Shown piece by piece: positions 19,966-31,342 of a stretch of DNA of 40,432 nt. The stretch lies in assembly GCA_963715985.1 (NCBI GenBank), contig CAVQSP010000001.1:1-40432 (forward strand). The letters are read 5' to 3'. The notes below the pieces were generated by a model. The model saw nothing but the letters and a program-made list of their open reading frames with translations, was not told the DNA's origin and made no database searches. The number at the start of each line of letters is the position of its first letter. Position 1 is the first letter of the stretch. This DNA is from an uncultured Thermoleophilia bacterium. GTDB lineage: Bacteria; Actinomycetota; Thermoleophilia; UBA2241. A program made the translations under genes and the position numbers.

Positions 19966-19977
19966 GGAGGCCGTTGC

Positions 19978-20955
19978 ATGCCTGACGACCCAGGGTGCCG
20001 TGTGCAGCGAGACACCCAGCTGGCCCCGCCGGCCGTGTCCGTGGCTCTCAGCCGCGCCGGCGTCACCAATCTGCGCCGCATCATCTCGATCACGGACGGC
20101 GGCAAGGCCGAGCTGTTCTACGCGACGCTCGACCTCTTCGCCGATCTCAGTCCCGAACACGCGGGCGTGCACATGTCGCGCTTCAGCGAGGTCGTGGAAG
20201 ATCTCGCTGAAGGGCTTACGCGCAGACCCTTCGCCGACATCGAGTCGCTCGCCAGACGCATGGCCGAGGAGGTCGTCGAGACTCAGGAAGCCCTGCGTGC
20301 CGAGGTCCACATCAAGGCGCAGTCGCCGATCACCAAAGAGACGCCGATGACGCACCGCCCTACCGAGCAGCTCTACACGCTGGTGGGCATCGCCGCGGCC
20401 ACCCGCACGAGGACGCGTCTTCTGGTGGGGGTGGAAGTGAACGGTCTGACGGTCTGCCCGTGCGCGCAGGACATGGTGCGTGGCATGTCCTTGGACCGCC
20501 TCTGCGAACACGGCTATAGCGAGGAGGAGGGCGAGCGCATCCTGAGCCTGTTGCCCATCGCCTCGCACAATCAGCGCGGCAGGGGCACGCTGCTGATCGG
20601 CTCGGAACGGCGCATTGGAGCCGAGGAGCTCGTGGCGATCGTCGAGGGATCGATGAGCTCCGAGATCTACGAGCTCCTCAAGCGCCCCGACGAGCTGTAC
20701 GTGGTCGACAAGGCGCACCGCAATCCGCGTTTCGTGGAGGACGTGGTGCGCGAGATGGTGCGCCGGGTCCTCGAGGCCTACCCCGACCTCTCGGACGACT
20801 CGTTCATGCTGGCCCGCCAGGAGAACTTCGAGGGCATTCACGAGCACAACGCGTTCGCGGAACGCTACGGCACCATGGCGGAGATCCGTCCCGAGCTCGC
20901 CGGCGAGGCGTACGCCGGGCGGCACACTGCCTTGAGCGAGTGGCTCGCCGGGTAG
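19978..20955 (+). CDS. mptA: GTP cyclohydrolase MptA (FolE2 family)
   Basis: LSRAGVT, GVHMSRF, TVCPCAQ, SHNQRG, ELLKRPDE, NPRFVED, ENFE.IH.HNA.A. Confidence 0.88.
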   Translation: MPDDPGCRVQRDTQLAPPAVSVALSRAGVTNLRRIISITDGGKAELFYATLDLFADLSPEHAGVHMSRFSEVVEDLAEGLTRRPFADIESLARRMAEEVVETQEALRAEVHIKAQSPITKETPMTHRPTEQLYTLVGIAAATRTRTRLLVGVEVNGLTVCPCAQDMVRGMSLDRLCEHGYSEEEGERILSLLPIASHNQRGRGTLLIGSERRIGAEELVAIVEGSMSSEIYELLKRPDELYVVDKAHRNPRFVEDVVREMVRRVLEAYPDLSDDSFMLARQENFEGIHEHNAFAERYGTMAEIRPELAGEAYAGRHTALSEWLAG

Positions 20956-20970
20956 AGGGAAGCTCCTGCC

Positions 20971-22317
20971 GTGCCCGACATGCTGTTCGTGACCGGCAGG
21001 CTGGCCGCCGACGCGCTGCGCCGGACCCTCGGCACGCTCGAGCTGGACTTCGAGCACGAGGTCAAGGTCCTCGGGGGCTCGGTGGCGGCGCTCATGCGCA
21101 CCGAGTGGATCGCGCGGCGCCTGCCCACGGACTGCACGTGTGCCCAGGTCATGATCCCCGGACTCTGCAGAGGCGATCTCGGCCTCATAGAGGCGAGGGT
21201 CGGCGTCCCGGTGGTCCGTGGTCCCAAGGACCTCAAGGATCTGCCCGCCTTCTTCGGGCAGGAGCGTGTCCTCGAGGGCTACGGCGAGTACGACGTGAAG
21301 ATACTCGCCGAGATCGTCGAGGCCTACCGGATGCCCTTCGCAGAGATCCTCACGCGGGCCGAGTACTTTCGCTCCGGCGGTGCCGACATCATCGACCTCG
21401 GCTGCCCGCCGATGGAGGCGTTCCCCGGCGTCGCCGAGGTGGTCGCGGGGCTCAAGGAGCGCGGGTTCACGGTCAGCATCGACACCTTTCACGCGCAGAC
21501 CATCCGCGAAGCCGACGAGGCGGGGGTGGATCTCCTGCTCAGCGTCAACGCGCAGAACATGGAGCTCGTGCCGCACCTCCACTGCAAGGTCGTGGTGATC
21601 CCGGATTTCGGGGAGGGTCTGGAATCTCTGGAGCGCAACGTGGCGACGGTGGACGCCACGGGCGCAGCGTACGTGATCGACCCCATCCTCGACCCGCTCA
21701 GCTTCGGCTTCACTGCGTCGCTCGAACGGTACTGCGAGGTGCGCCGGCGGTACCCCGAGGCGGAGATGCTGATGGGTCTCGGCAATCTCACCGAGCTGAC
21801 GGACGCCGACAGCGTGGGCATCAACGCGCTGATGGCGGGCGTCATCGCCGAGCTGGGCATCGACTACTTGCTCACCACCGAGGTCATCAGCTGGACACGT
21901 GGCGCCGTGCGCGAGCTCGACGTGGCTCGCAAGCTCATGCACTACGCGGTCAAGAATCGCGAGCTTCCCAAGGGCCTCGACGACGGCCTCGTCGCGCTCA
22001 AGGACACCCCGTTCGAGACCTACTCGGAGGCGGAGCTGCGTGATATGCAGCGGCAGGTGCGCGACAGGAACTATCGGATCTTCGCCGACCGTGAGCGGGT
22101 GTACGTATTCAACCGCGACACCTTCGTGCGCGGGCACGATCCGCACAGGCTCTTCCTCGCGTTGGACGTCGCCGACCCCGGCCACGCCTTCTACCTCGGC
22201 CGCGAGCTCGAACGCGCGGCTCTTGCGGTGCAGCTCGGCAAGAAGTACACGCAGGAGTCGCCGCTGCGCTGGGGATACCTGAGCGCGACCGCCGACGGGG
22301 AGGACGGCCCCAGGTGA
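20971..22317 (+). CDS. Pterin-binding dihydropteroate synthase-like protein (orf20-type)
   Basis: LFVTGRLA, VAALM, GPKDLKDLP, GADIIDLGC, SIDTF, GNLTELTDADS.G.N, HAFYLGREL..A. Confidence 0.85.
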   Translation: MPDMLFVTGRLAADALRRTLGTLELDFEHEVKVLGGSVAALMRTEWIARRLPTDCTCAQVMIPGLCRGDLGLIEARVGVPVVRGPKDLKDLPAFFGQERVLEGYGEYDVKILAEIVEAYRMPFAEILTRAEYFRSGGADIIDLGCPPMEAFPGVAEVVAGLKERGFTVSIDTFHAQTIREADEAGVDLLLSVNAQNMELVPHLHCKVVVIPDFGEGLESLERNVATVDATGAAYVIDPILDPLSFGFTASLERYCEVRRRYPEAEMLMGLGNLTELTDADSVGINALMAGVIAELGIDYLLTTEVISWTRGAVRELDVARKLMHYAVKNRELPKGLDDGLVALKDTPFETYSEAELRDMQRQVRDRNYRIFADRERVYVFNRDTFVRGHDPHRLFLALDVADPGHAFYLGRELERAALAVQLGKKYTQESPLRWGYLSATADGEDGPR

Positions 22318-23445
22318 CGCGGGCCATCGGCATCGATCCGGGGACGGTGAGTTTCGACGTGTGCGGCCGCGACGGAGAGCGCGTGTTCCTGGACGCGACC
22401 TATGCCACGGCCGACGTCGCTGACGATCCGCGGCCTCTTGCTGAGCTCCTGCGCGCGGCCGCCCCGGTGGACCTCGTGGTCGGGCCGTCAGGGTACGGGC
22501 TGCCGTGGACGGACCTGCGTGACGTCGGCCCGGAGGAACTCGACCTGATGCTGCTGGCCGACGCCGGCGACGGCCCACGAGGGACGATCATCGGCGGTAT
22601 GGGGCGCGTTGCTGGAGGCGCTCAGGGGGAGCAGCCTGCCGGTGTGCTTCGCGCCCGGCGTCCTCCATCTGGCGACGGTCCCGGAGCACCGCAAGGCCAA
22701 CCGCATCGACATGGGCACCGCCGACAAGCTGTGTGCGGTCGCGCTCGCGGTGTGGGATCAGGCGCGCCGCCTGGGCGTGCCGTACGACCAGACGTCGTTC
22801 GTGTTCGTCGAGGCCGGCGGCGCGTTCACGGCCGTCATCGTCGTCGAGCGCGGCGCGATCATCGACGGCTCTGGGGGGACGGGTGGCGCGATGGGGTTCC
22901 GGGCGCTGGGCGCCATGGACGGTGAACTGGCGTACCTGCTCAGGGACTTCCCCAAGGACGTCCTCGCGAGCGGGGGGGCGGCGTGGATCGCCGGCGCGCC
23001 GGCGAGTTCGCCTGAGGCTCTCGTGGCCGCCGCCGCGAGCGATCTGCGGGCCGCGGCGGCGCTCACCGCCCTGGTGGAGGACGTGACCAAGCGCGTCGCC
23101 GCGGAGGCGGTCCTGTTGGAGGCGCCCCGCGAGATCCTTCTGTCCGGGCGGCTGACCCGCGTTCCTGAGCTGCGCCGTCGTCTTGCCGAGTCTTTGCGCC
23201 GGTTCGCCGCGGTGCACGTCGTGGGCGGGTACGCCGGGGTCAGCAGCGAGGCCGCACAAGGGGCCGCCCTTCTCGGCCAGGGACTGGCCGGCGAGGGCGG
23301 CCTGAGCGGCCTCGTGGACGCGATGGGTCTGCGCGATGCTCGCGGTAGCGTGCTCGATCACTTGTTCGTCAGCGAAACTGAGTCTCTGCGTCGTCGCCAT
23401 CCGTTGCCGTGCCGTCCGCAGGTGCCGTTCTGGGAAAGGAGCTGA
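22314..23445 (+). CDS. DUF1464-like ASKHA-fold protein (frameshift near 22600)
   Basis: IGIDPGTVSFD, GPSGYG, PGV.HL.TVP.HRK.NRIDMGTADK, GA.DGELAY, AAQGAAL. Confidence 0.75.
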
Positions 23446-23452
23446 CCCTCTC

Positions 23453-24342
23453 ATGCACATCAACGGAGTGGAGATAGAGGACACGTTTGCCGAGGCCTTC
23501 GGAATGTGGGGCTCACGCCTGGTGGTCACGGGGGAGGACCTGGACTGGGCCCGCACCGCAGCCGAGGCGGCGACCGGCTTCGCCACCTCCATCATCGGGT
23601 GTGGCTGCGAGGCCGGCACGAATGATCTGGCTCCCGGCGAGCAGACGCTCGACGGGCGTCCGGGGGTTGCGGCGCTGGTGTTCGCCACGTCACGGGGCAA
23701 CATGGAGACGCAGCTGCTGCAGCGCGTGGGTCAGGCGGTGATGACCTCGTGCCACATCGGCCTGCTACAACGGTCTTGTCGCCGATGAGAAGGTCAAGGT
23801 GGGCGGCAAGCTCCGCTACTTCGGCGACGGCTTCCAGCGCAGCAAGTTGCTCGACGGCCGGCGTCTGTGGCGCGTCCCGGTGATGGATGGCGAGTTCGTC
23901 GTGGAGGAGAGCTTCGGCGTCGTCAAGGGCGTGGGCGGCGGCAACTTCTTCATGATGGCCGGCAGCCTGAGCGCGGCGCTCGCCGCGGCGCGAGCGGCTG
24001 TGGCCGCGATGCGTGCCGTGCACGGCGCGATCATGCCGTTCCCCGGCGGCGTGGTGCGCAGCGGCAGCAAGGTCTCCTCGCGGTACAAGGGGCAGCACGT
24101 CTCCAGCAACACGCCGTACTGCCCGACCTTGCGGGCGGAAGAAGGCAGCGCTCTCGTGGACGGGCGAGAACGCCGTGCTCGAGATCGTCGTGGACGGGCT
24201 CACCGAGGCGGCCGTGGCCGAGGCCATGCGAGTGGGCATCGCCGCCGCCTGCCTGCCCGGCGTGACGCGCATCTCCGCCGGCAACTACGGAGGCTCGCTC
24301 GGGCAGTTCCACTTCGCCCTGCGCGAGCTGATGAGTGCCTGA
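23453..24342 (+). CDS. ftr: Formylmethanofuran:H4MPT formyltransferase (frameshifts near 23750 and 24160)
   Basis: INGVEIEDTFAEAF, TGFATSIIGCGCEAG, DGRPG, LRYFGDGFQ, GVGGGNF, PFPGGVVRSGSK, EIVVDGL, ISAGNYGG.LG. Confidence 0.92.
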
Positions 24343-24355
24343 GGAGGCTGCGGCG

Positions 24356-25145
24356 ATGGGCTGTATCGCCTGTGCGGCGCTGGTGCTCGACGGCGCCTGC
24401 GTGACGTTGACGCGCAAAGCGTCGAGCCCGCGCCCAGTGGACGCGGCACAGCGTCTGCCCGGATCGCTTCATGGGTCTCGGGCAGACCGAGCATCGCGGC
24501 GCTCCCGGTCGTCTGCGGCGGTACCCGCGATGGCGCTCGGCGACCTCTTCGAGATGGACGGCATCCGGCACCTACAACATCGCCGTGTGCGGCGATCTCA
24601 CCGGCGTGGAGCAGATCGGTCAAGGGATGACCAGGGGTCGAGTGACCGTAGCGAGTGACGTGGGCACTGCACCTCGGGGCCTGCATGAGCGGCGGCGAGA
24701 TCGTGGTGGAGGGCGCCGCCGGGGATGGGCTGGGCTCCGGGATGTCGGGCGGCCGCATCGTCGTGCAGGGCGACGCCGGGCCGCGACGCGGGCGCGCGCA
24801 TGGGCGGCGGCGTCATCGTGGTGCTCGGCGACGCCGGCGAGCTACACCGGAGCCGGCATGACCGCCGGATCGATCGTCGTCGCCGGCAGGCTCGGCGGAC
24901 TCCCCGGGAACAGGGATGGCCGGGCGGCACGGTCGTCGCCTTCGGCGAGGCGCCCGAGCTGCCGTCGACGTTCCGCTATGCCGGGCCTAGACCGGCCCGC
25001 CTTCCTGGGCTCCCTCCTGCTCGGCCTCGAAGAAGAGGGTCTCGTGAAGAGCCCACGGGTCCCCGAGGGCGAGTTCCGGCGCTTCGTGGGCGATATCGAC
25101 AACGGTGGTGAGGGGGAGGTGCTGGTCCGTGATCAGTCTGAATGA
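24356..25145 (+). CDS. fwdC: Formylmethanofuran dehydrogenase subunit C, copy 2 (FhcC-like; many frameshifts)
   Basis: Pieces across frames: [58 protein letters not shown]...GEGEVLV. Confidence 0.78.
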
Positions 25146-26094
25146 GACAGGCTGCCGCCGTCGTCGAGAGGCTGAGGGCGGCCGCGGAGCCTCTGGGTGT
25201 GGCGGTATCCGAGCTCGAGAACGGTGCCACGGTCGTGGACGCCGGGGTGGAGGTCGACGGGACGCTGGAAGCCGGCCGGCTGTTTGCCGAGGTGTGCCTG
25301 GGCGGGCTGGCGGACGTCCAGTTCCGCGCAGCTCACCTCGAGGCCTCGTCCTCCCGGGCGTCGAGGTGAACGTGCACCGCCCGGTGCTCGCCTGCATGGC
25401 TTCTCAGTACGCCGGGTGGGCGCTCAACGTGCCTGCCACCGAGACTCCGAAGAAGTACTTCGCCATGTGCTCCGGGCCGGCCAGGGCGCTGTACCGTGGC
25501 GACCCGATCTTCGCCGACATCGACTACCGCGATCCGGCGACCGTGGCGGTGCTGACGCTGGAGGCGGACCGCCTGCCGCTCGCTGGAGGTGGCGGCTGGG
25601 TCGCCGGCAAGTGCGGGGTCGCGACAGACGCGCGTGATGCTGCTGGTGGCCCCCACCGCCAGCCTCGTGGGCTCCGTGCAGATCGCGGCGCGCATCGTGG
25701 AGACCGGGCTCCACAAGATGCACGAGGTGGGATTCGACATCGACACCGTTCGCTCCGGCTTCGGCTCGTGCCCCCTGGCTCCGGTGGCGGCCGACGATCT
25801 CGCGGCCATCGGGCGCACCAACGACGCGGTCCTCTACGGCGGCCGCGCCTGGTACACGGTCGAGACCGACGATGCGCTCATCGAGAGCGTCATCGAGCGC
25901 CTGCCCTCGGCGCGTCGAGCGACTACGGTGTGCCGTTCGGGGAGCTCTTCCGCCGGTACGGTGGCGACTTCTACAAGATCGACCCGCTGCTCTTCAGTCC
26001 CGCCGAGATCACCATCACCAACGCGGCGAGTGGCAGGACCTTCCACGCCGGCCACGTCGACACGGACGTGCTGCGCGCATCGTTGTTCGCGTGA
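25129..26094 (+). CDS. mch: Methenyl-H4MPT cyclohydrolase (frameshifted)
   Basis: [78 protein letters not shown]. Confidence 0.92.
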   Translation: MISLNETGCRRRREAEGGRGASGCGGIRARERCHGRGRRGGGRRDAGSRPAVCRGVPGRAGGRPVPRSSPRGLVLPGVEVNVHRPVLACMASQYAGWALNVPATETPKKYFAMCSGPARALYRGDPIFADIDYRDPATVAVLTLEADRLPLAGGGGWVAGKCGVATDARDAAGGPHRQPRGLRADRGAHRGDRAPQDARGGIRHRHRSLRLRLVPPGSGGGRRSRGHRAHQRRGPLRRPRLVHGRDRRCAHRERHRAPALGASSDYGVPFGELFRRYGGDFYKIDPLLFSPAEITITNAASGRTFHAGHVDTDVLRASLFA

Positions 26095-26964
26095 AGGTCG
26101 CTATCCTGGGACAGAACAGGAGGCTGGCATACCGAGAGCCTTCGCGAGGCGCTTGCCCGGCGCGGGATCGCGGCGGAGTGCTACCCGGTGACGCAGCTGA
26201 CGGCGCGGGTCACCGAGAGGCCGCGCCTGACGGCCGGGGCGGTGCCGCTCGACGACTGCGACGTCGTGTTCGTGCGCGCCATCCCGACGGGGTCGCTGGA
26301 GCAGGTGATCTTCCGCATGGACGCCTTGCGGATGCTCGAGCACGACGGAGTGAGGGTCGTCAATTCGGCGCAGGCCATCGAGCACGGCGTCGACAAGTAC
26401 TACACGTCGGCGCGACTGCACGACGCCGGTCTGCCGACGCCCCGCACCGTCGTCGCCGAGCGCTTCGACGACGCGCTGGCGGCCTACGACGAGCTCGGCG
26501 GTGACGTGGTGGTCAAGCCCCTCTTCGGCTCCGAGGGCAGGGGCATGGTCCGGGTCTCCGATGCGGACACCGCGTACCGCGTGTTTCGCGCTCTCGAGCT
26601 GGGCCGCTACATCTTCTGTGTGCAGGAGTTCGTGTCCCACGGCTGCGAGGATATCCGCGTCTTCGTCGTCGGCGGGCGCGTCATCGGAGCGATGCTGCGT
26701 CGCGGGTCGGGGTGGAAGACGAACGCGGCTCAGGGCGCCACGGGGGAGCCGATCGAGCTGGATGACACGCTCGTCAATCTGAGCGTGCGTGCGACGCAGA
26801 TCGTGGGCGCCGAGCACGCCGGCGTCGACATCCTGCCCTGCGACGACGGCAGCTACAGCGTGATCGAGGTGAACACCATCCCTGGCTGGCGCGCCTTGCG
26901 CGCCGCCACCGGCGTCGATGCGGCGCAGTGCTTGGTGGACCACGTGCTCGAGGGGATGTCGTGA
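26091..26964 (+). CDS. RimK-family alpha-L-glutamate ligase (orf5/MyfA/MptN-type; frameshift near the 5' end)
   Basis: [53 protein letters not shown]. Confidence 0.87.
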
Positions 26965-27853
26965 AGCGACTGAACGGCGTCGAGATCGCCTGGGCGGCGC
27001 AGCTGGCGTGTCTGTTCGAGGTGAGCGTCGCGAAGGCCGGCAACGTGTCGCGGAGCGCGGCCTTTGCCGACGCGCGCTTCGAGGACTTTCGCGGCCAGCG
27101 CCGTCGCTATCGGGCCGGCGCTTCGCGACGCCGGATCGGCCAGCGTGGGCGACCATGGTGGCAAGGGCGGTCGCCGACACGCATCGCCTGGTGGCCACCA
27201 ACACCAATCTCGGCATCATCCTGCTGCTCGCACCGCTGGCGGCCGCTGCGGCGAGGGGGGGCACCGAAGGCGGCCTGCGTGCAGCGCTGCATCGGGTCCT
27301 CGCGGACCTGACCGTGGAGGACGCGCGCCTGGCCTACGGAGCCATCCTTGCCGCTTCTCCGGCCGGGATGGGCGCTGTCGACGAACATGACGTCCATGAA
27401 GGAGAGGTGCTCGTTACTCTGCGCGAGGCCATGGACGCCGCGCGCGACCGTGATGCCGTCGCCCGCGAGTTCGTCACGGATTTCGCGATCACATTCTCGT
27501 TCGGTGCCGAGACTCTGCAACGCGTCTGGCAGGACGGTGCCCGGTTCTCGGAAGCAGTCGTGATGGCGTTCATCACGATCCTTGCGCACGTGCCCGACAC
27601 CCTGATCGCGCGCAAGAACGGGACCGCCGTCGCCGAAGACGTGTCGCGCCGCGCCGCGCGCGTGCTGGATGCCGGGGGCAGCTTCAGCGCGCAGGGCGGA
27701 ACGCTGCTGGCCGAGCTGGCGCTCGACCTGGCGGACGACGCTCACACGCTGAATCCGGGTACGACCGCCGATCTGGTGGCCGCCTCATTGTTCGTGTTCC
27801 TGACGGAGGGCGGGCTGCTGGGCGATGTGCCCGCCCTCACGGCGCGTTGGTGA
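26961..27853 (+). CDS. citG: CitG-family protein (orf7-type; frameshift near 27090)
   Basis: AC..EV...K.GNV, NTNLGIILLLAPL, PDTLIARK.G, NPGTTADL. Confidence 0.85.
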
Positions 27854-28601
27854 CTCGCCCGTTCTCGGAGCGCACGGCGTCGATGTCCGTCGCCATGATC
27901 CAGGCACGATGAAGCGCCGTCGCCAGCAGCACGCCGTCGGCGCCGGCGGCGGCGAGCGCCCGCAGGTCCTCGGGGGTGCGGACGCCGCCGCCGCTGACCA
28001 GGTGCAGGCCTGGAAACGCGGTGCGCGCGGCCCGCAGCGTGTGCAGATCCGGGCCCGCTCCCGTCCCGACCTGCGGCAAAGCCAGCAGGATGACGTCGTT
28101 CACACCCTCCGCGGCGAGCCTCTCAAGGACGTCCAAGGGCGACCGACCGGCGAACGCGGGGCACGCGCTGAGCACGCCGCGCTCGCCCACGTCGATGCTG
28201 ACGAGTACCCGCTCGGCCGGCAGCGCGGCGCGGATGGCACGCAGGGCCTCGAGTCCGGGCAGCGTCTCTGTGCCGACGATGATCCGAGCGGCGCCGGCCG
28301 CGAGGAGGCGCGACGCTCCCTCCGCATCGGCGATCCCGGCGTCCACCCAGGGACTCAGCCCCGAGCGCGGTCGCGCAACGCGCGGACGACGTCGAAGTGA
28401 TCGCCTGTGCCGGCGATGGCATCCAGATCGGCGACATACACCGCCGGCCCGCCGCAGATGCGGGCCAGCGCCTCCGCGATCCGCACCGGCTCACTGCCGT
28501 CGACCACGCTGCTGCGCACCGCGCGGTAGTGCTCGCCGCCGACCGCGCAACCCTTGCACCACGCGTCCGCCCATCAGGTCTAGCACCGGTATGGCGTCCA
28601 C
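27837..28601 (-). CDS. HisA/HisF-like TIM-barrel protein (orf17-type; frameshifted)
   Basis: From GTG at 28601: DAIPVLDLMGGRVV.G..G, Y.ADLDAI, VDAG, IVGTET, SID, VGTGAGPD, GGGVR..EDL, ATALH; GAAGGGAG RBS. Confidence 0.8.
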
Positions 28602-29635
28602 GTCGACTCTCCCTTCTGCGATCCTCGTGCACGAGTACGTGACCGGGGGCGGGTGGCCGGAGCCGGAGCTCCCGGGCGCTCTGGGCGACGAGGCCGCGGC
28701 GCTCGTGCGGGCGCTGCTGGCCGATCTGCGTGCCTGGGGTCGGTTTCCCGTCGTCGCGACGCACGATCCTCGTTGGCGACGAGAGCCGCTTGCGGTCGAT
28801 CGCGTCGTCGATCTCTGCTCGGAAGTCTACCCGACGGCGCTGCTCAGCCTCGCCCGCGAGTGCGGCGCAGCCATCGTCGTCGCGCCTGAGGGCGACGGCG
28901 TCCTCGAACGTCTCAGCTCGCTGATGCTGGACGCCGGCGTCTGTCTGCTGGGCAGCTTGCCGTGGGCGGTGGCGGTGGCTGCCGACAAGTACGAGTGCCA
29001 CCGCCGCTTCGCGCGGGCCGGCCTGCCCACGCCGGACACGGTGCGCATCGCGCCGGCCGCCGCTGCCATGGCGGCCGACAGGCTCGGCTACCCGGTCGTC
29101 GTCAAGCCCCTCGACGGCGCCGGCTGTGACGGTGTCTGCCTCGCCGGCGACGAGAGCCAGCTCGCAGCGGCTCTCCGGCAGCCGGCGCTGAGTCGGGCGG
29201 GCGATGGTGCTCGTGCAGCGCTATGTGGAGGGCCGTGCGGCCAGTGTGTCGCTCGTCGCCACCACGGGACGCACCACAGTGCTGAGCCTCAACGCGCAGA
29301 GCGTGCACGCCGGCATCCCGTTCGTCTACCATGGCGGAGTCGCAGGGATATCTCATCCACGGCGGGCCGAGGCTTGCGAGCTCGCGCAGAGGGCGGTCGC
29401 CCTCGTGCCTGGACTGCGAGGGTACGTTGGAGTCGACATGGTGCTCGGCGAGCAGGAGACCTGGCTGATCGAGATCAACCCACGACCGACCACGTCGTAC
29501 GTGGGCCTTCGCCGCGTCATCGACCTCAACATGGCCGCGGCGATCTGGCACGCCTGTCGCGACGGCTCTCTGCCCGCCGTCGTGCACGTGGCCTCGCCCT
29601 CGCCCCACGGAGAGAGGGGGACGGATGGTCTCTGA
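28591..29635 (+). CDS. mfnD: ATP-grasp ligase, MfnD/orf1-like (frameshift near 29200)
   Basis: ILVHEYVTGGG, VAPE.DG.L, AADK, VVKP.DGAG, LSLN.Q, GL.GYVGVD, IEINPR.TTSY. Confidence 0.78.
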
Positions 29636-30686
29636 GCCGCTCGTCACAGTCGGCTGGGACGTGGGCGGCGTCCAGATCAAGGCCGCCCGCGTGGAGTCGT
29701 GCGCCGGCGTCACGCGCTGCGTGCAGACGACGGTGCGCCCGTTCGAGGTGTGGCGCGGACGCGAACGGCTCCCGCAGATGCTGCAGGATGTGGCGCGCGA
29801 GCTTCGGGTCCGCCCGACCGTGCCGCTCGCGCTCACCATGACGGCAGAGCTCTCGGATGCCTTTCGGAGCAAGAGGGAAGGCGTGCTGTTCGTGATGGAC
29901 GCGTTCAAAGCGGCGCTCCCGGGGAGCCGCGTCTCTGTGCTCGACTCCAGCGGTGAGCTCGTCGCTGTGGGCGAGGCTCGCGGGCGGCCGCTCGATTTCG
30001 CGGCCACGAATTGGGTCGCGTCGGCCCTGTTCGCGGCGTCGCGGGTGGACGCGTGCATCCTCATTGACGTGGGTAGTACGACCACCGACATCGTTCCGAT
30101 ACGGGAGGGCCGTCTGGCCTGCGAGGGCCGCACCGATCTCGCCCGGCTCTCCGCCGGCGAGCTCGTGTACACCGGTGTGCTGCGCACGAATCCCAATACC
30201 TTGACGTCATCTGTGCCTGTGCGCGGCCGTCCTTGCCGGGTCGCCGCGGAGCAGTTCGCGATCATGGCGGACGCCTACGTCCTGCTCGGACGACTGCGCG
30301 AGGACGAGTACACGTGCCCCACGCCAGACGGTCGAGGCACGTCCCGCGAGGAGTGTGGTGAGCGTCTCGCGCGCCTCGTGTGCGGCGACCGCGAAATGCT
30401 GAGCGAGACGGAGGTCGTGGGCGTGGCGCGCTACGCGGTGGAACGCCAGCTGCAGGCCGTGAGCGAGGGAGTGCTGCAGGTCCTGTCTCGCTGGGACGCC
30501 GACGGAGCCCCCGTGGCGCCGGTCGCACCGGCAGGCGCAGGCGCGTTCCTTGCGGCGGAGGTCGCAGGACGGCTCGGTCTCGCCGTGCTGCCCGCCGGCA
30601 GCGTCTGGGGCGAGGAAGGGGCGATGCTCCCGGCCGCCGCCGCCGCTCATCTCCTGGCGGCTCGCCTTGAGGCGGCGCCGAGGTGA
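29625..30686 (+). CDS. mfnF: MfnF/orf9-like hydantoinase-family protein
   Basis: GWDVGG..IK, LTMTAELSDAF..K.EGV, AATNW.A, DVGSTTTDI, GELVYTGV.RT, RLARLVC.D. Confidence 0.85.
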   Translation: MVSEPLVTVGWDVGGVQIKAARVESCAGVTRCVQTTVRPFEVWRGRERLPQMLQDVARELRVRPTVPLALTMTAELSDAFRSKREGVLFVMDAFKAALPGSRVSVLDSSGELVAVGEARGRPLDFAATNWVASALFAASRVDACILIDVGSTTTDIVPIREGRLACEGRTDLARLSAGELVYTGVLRTNPNTLTSSVPVRGRPCRVAAEQFAIMADAYVLLGRLREDEYTCPTPDGRGTSREECGERLARLVCGDREMLSETEVVGVARYAVERQLQAVSEGVLQVLSRWDADGAPVAPVAPAGAGAFLAAEVAGRLGLAVLPAGSVWGEEGAMLPAAAAAHLLAARLEAAPR

Positions 30687-31342
30687 TCGACGCGGTCGTC
30701 AAGGTCGGCGGCAGTCTCGGGCGCGGTCCGGGCCTGGCCGCGCTGGGCGCGCGCCTCGCTGCGCTCGGCCGGGAGCACCGACTCCTGCTGGTGCCCGGTG
30801 GCGGCGCCTTCGCCGACCTCGTCAGGGAGCATGAGCCGCGCTTCGGCCTGCGGCCCAGCACGGCGCACTGGATGGCGGTCCTCGCCATGGACCAGTACGG
30901 CTATCTCCTCGGCGACCTGGTGCCCGGGTGCGGGCTCGTGCGCACGCTCGAGGAGGCGGAAGCATGTGCCCCGGGCGCCGCTGCCGTCCTCCTGCCATAC
31001 GAGCTCCTGCGGCGCGAGGACGCCCTTCCTCACAGCTGGTCCGTGACGTCGGACTCCATCGCCGCATGGCTGACTCAGATGGTGGGAGCGAACCTGCTGG
31101 TGCTTCTGAAAGACAGCCGTGGCATGGCGAGCCTGGCGCACGCGGTGTCTGGCCTTCCGTCCGCCGAGTTGAGCGTCGCCGAGCTCGCCGCCGCCGAGGG
31201 CGTCGACGGCCATCTGGCAGAGCTGGCCGGCGACGCGACCTTCCGCCTGTGGATGATCGACGGCGAACGCCCCGAGCGGCTGGCGGAGCTGCTCGAGACG
31301 GGTCGCACGGAAGGGGTCAGGCTTGCGCGATCAGGGATTTGA
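30683..31342 (+). CDS. mfnE: Amino-acid-kinase-family protein, MfnE/orf21-like
   Basis: VVKVGGSL, VPGGG.FAD.VR, AHWMA..AM.Q, LPHSW.VTSDSIA. Confidence 0.85.
   Translation: MIDAVVKVGGSLGRGPGLAALGARLAALGREHRLLLVPGGGAFADLVREHEPRFGLRPSTAHWMAVLAMDQYGYLLGDLVPGCGLVRTLEEAEACAPGAAAVLLPYELLRREDALPHSWSVTSDSIAAWLTQMVGANLLVLLKDSRGMASLAHAVSGLPSAELSVAELAAAEGVDGHLAELAGDATFRLWMIDGERPERLAELLETGRTEGVRLARSGI

Noticed and set aside
19168-22578. Very long minus-strand ORF (1136 aa) and similar shadow ORFs (4611-6299, 10148-12145, 34420-35661)
   Set aside because: Antisense shadows of real genes, expected in high-GC DNA; no motifs.
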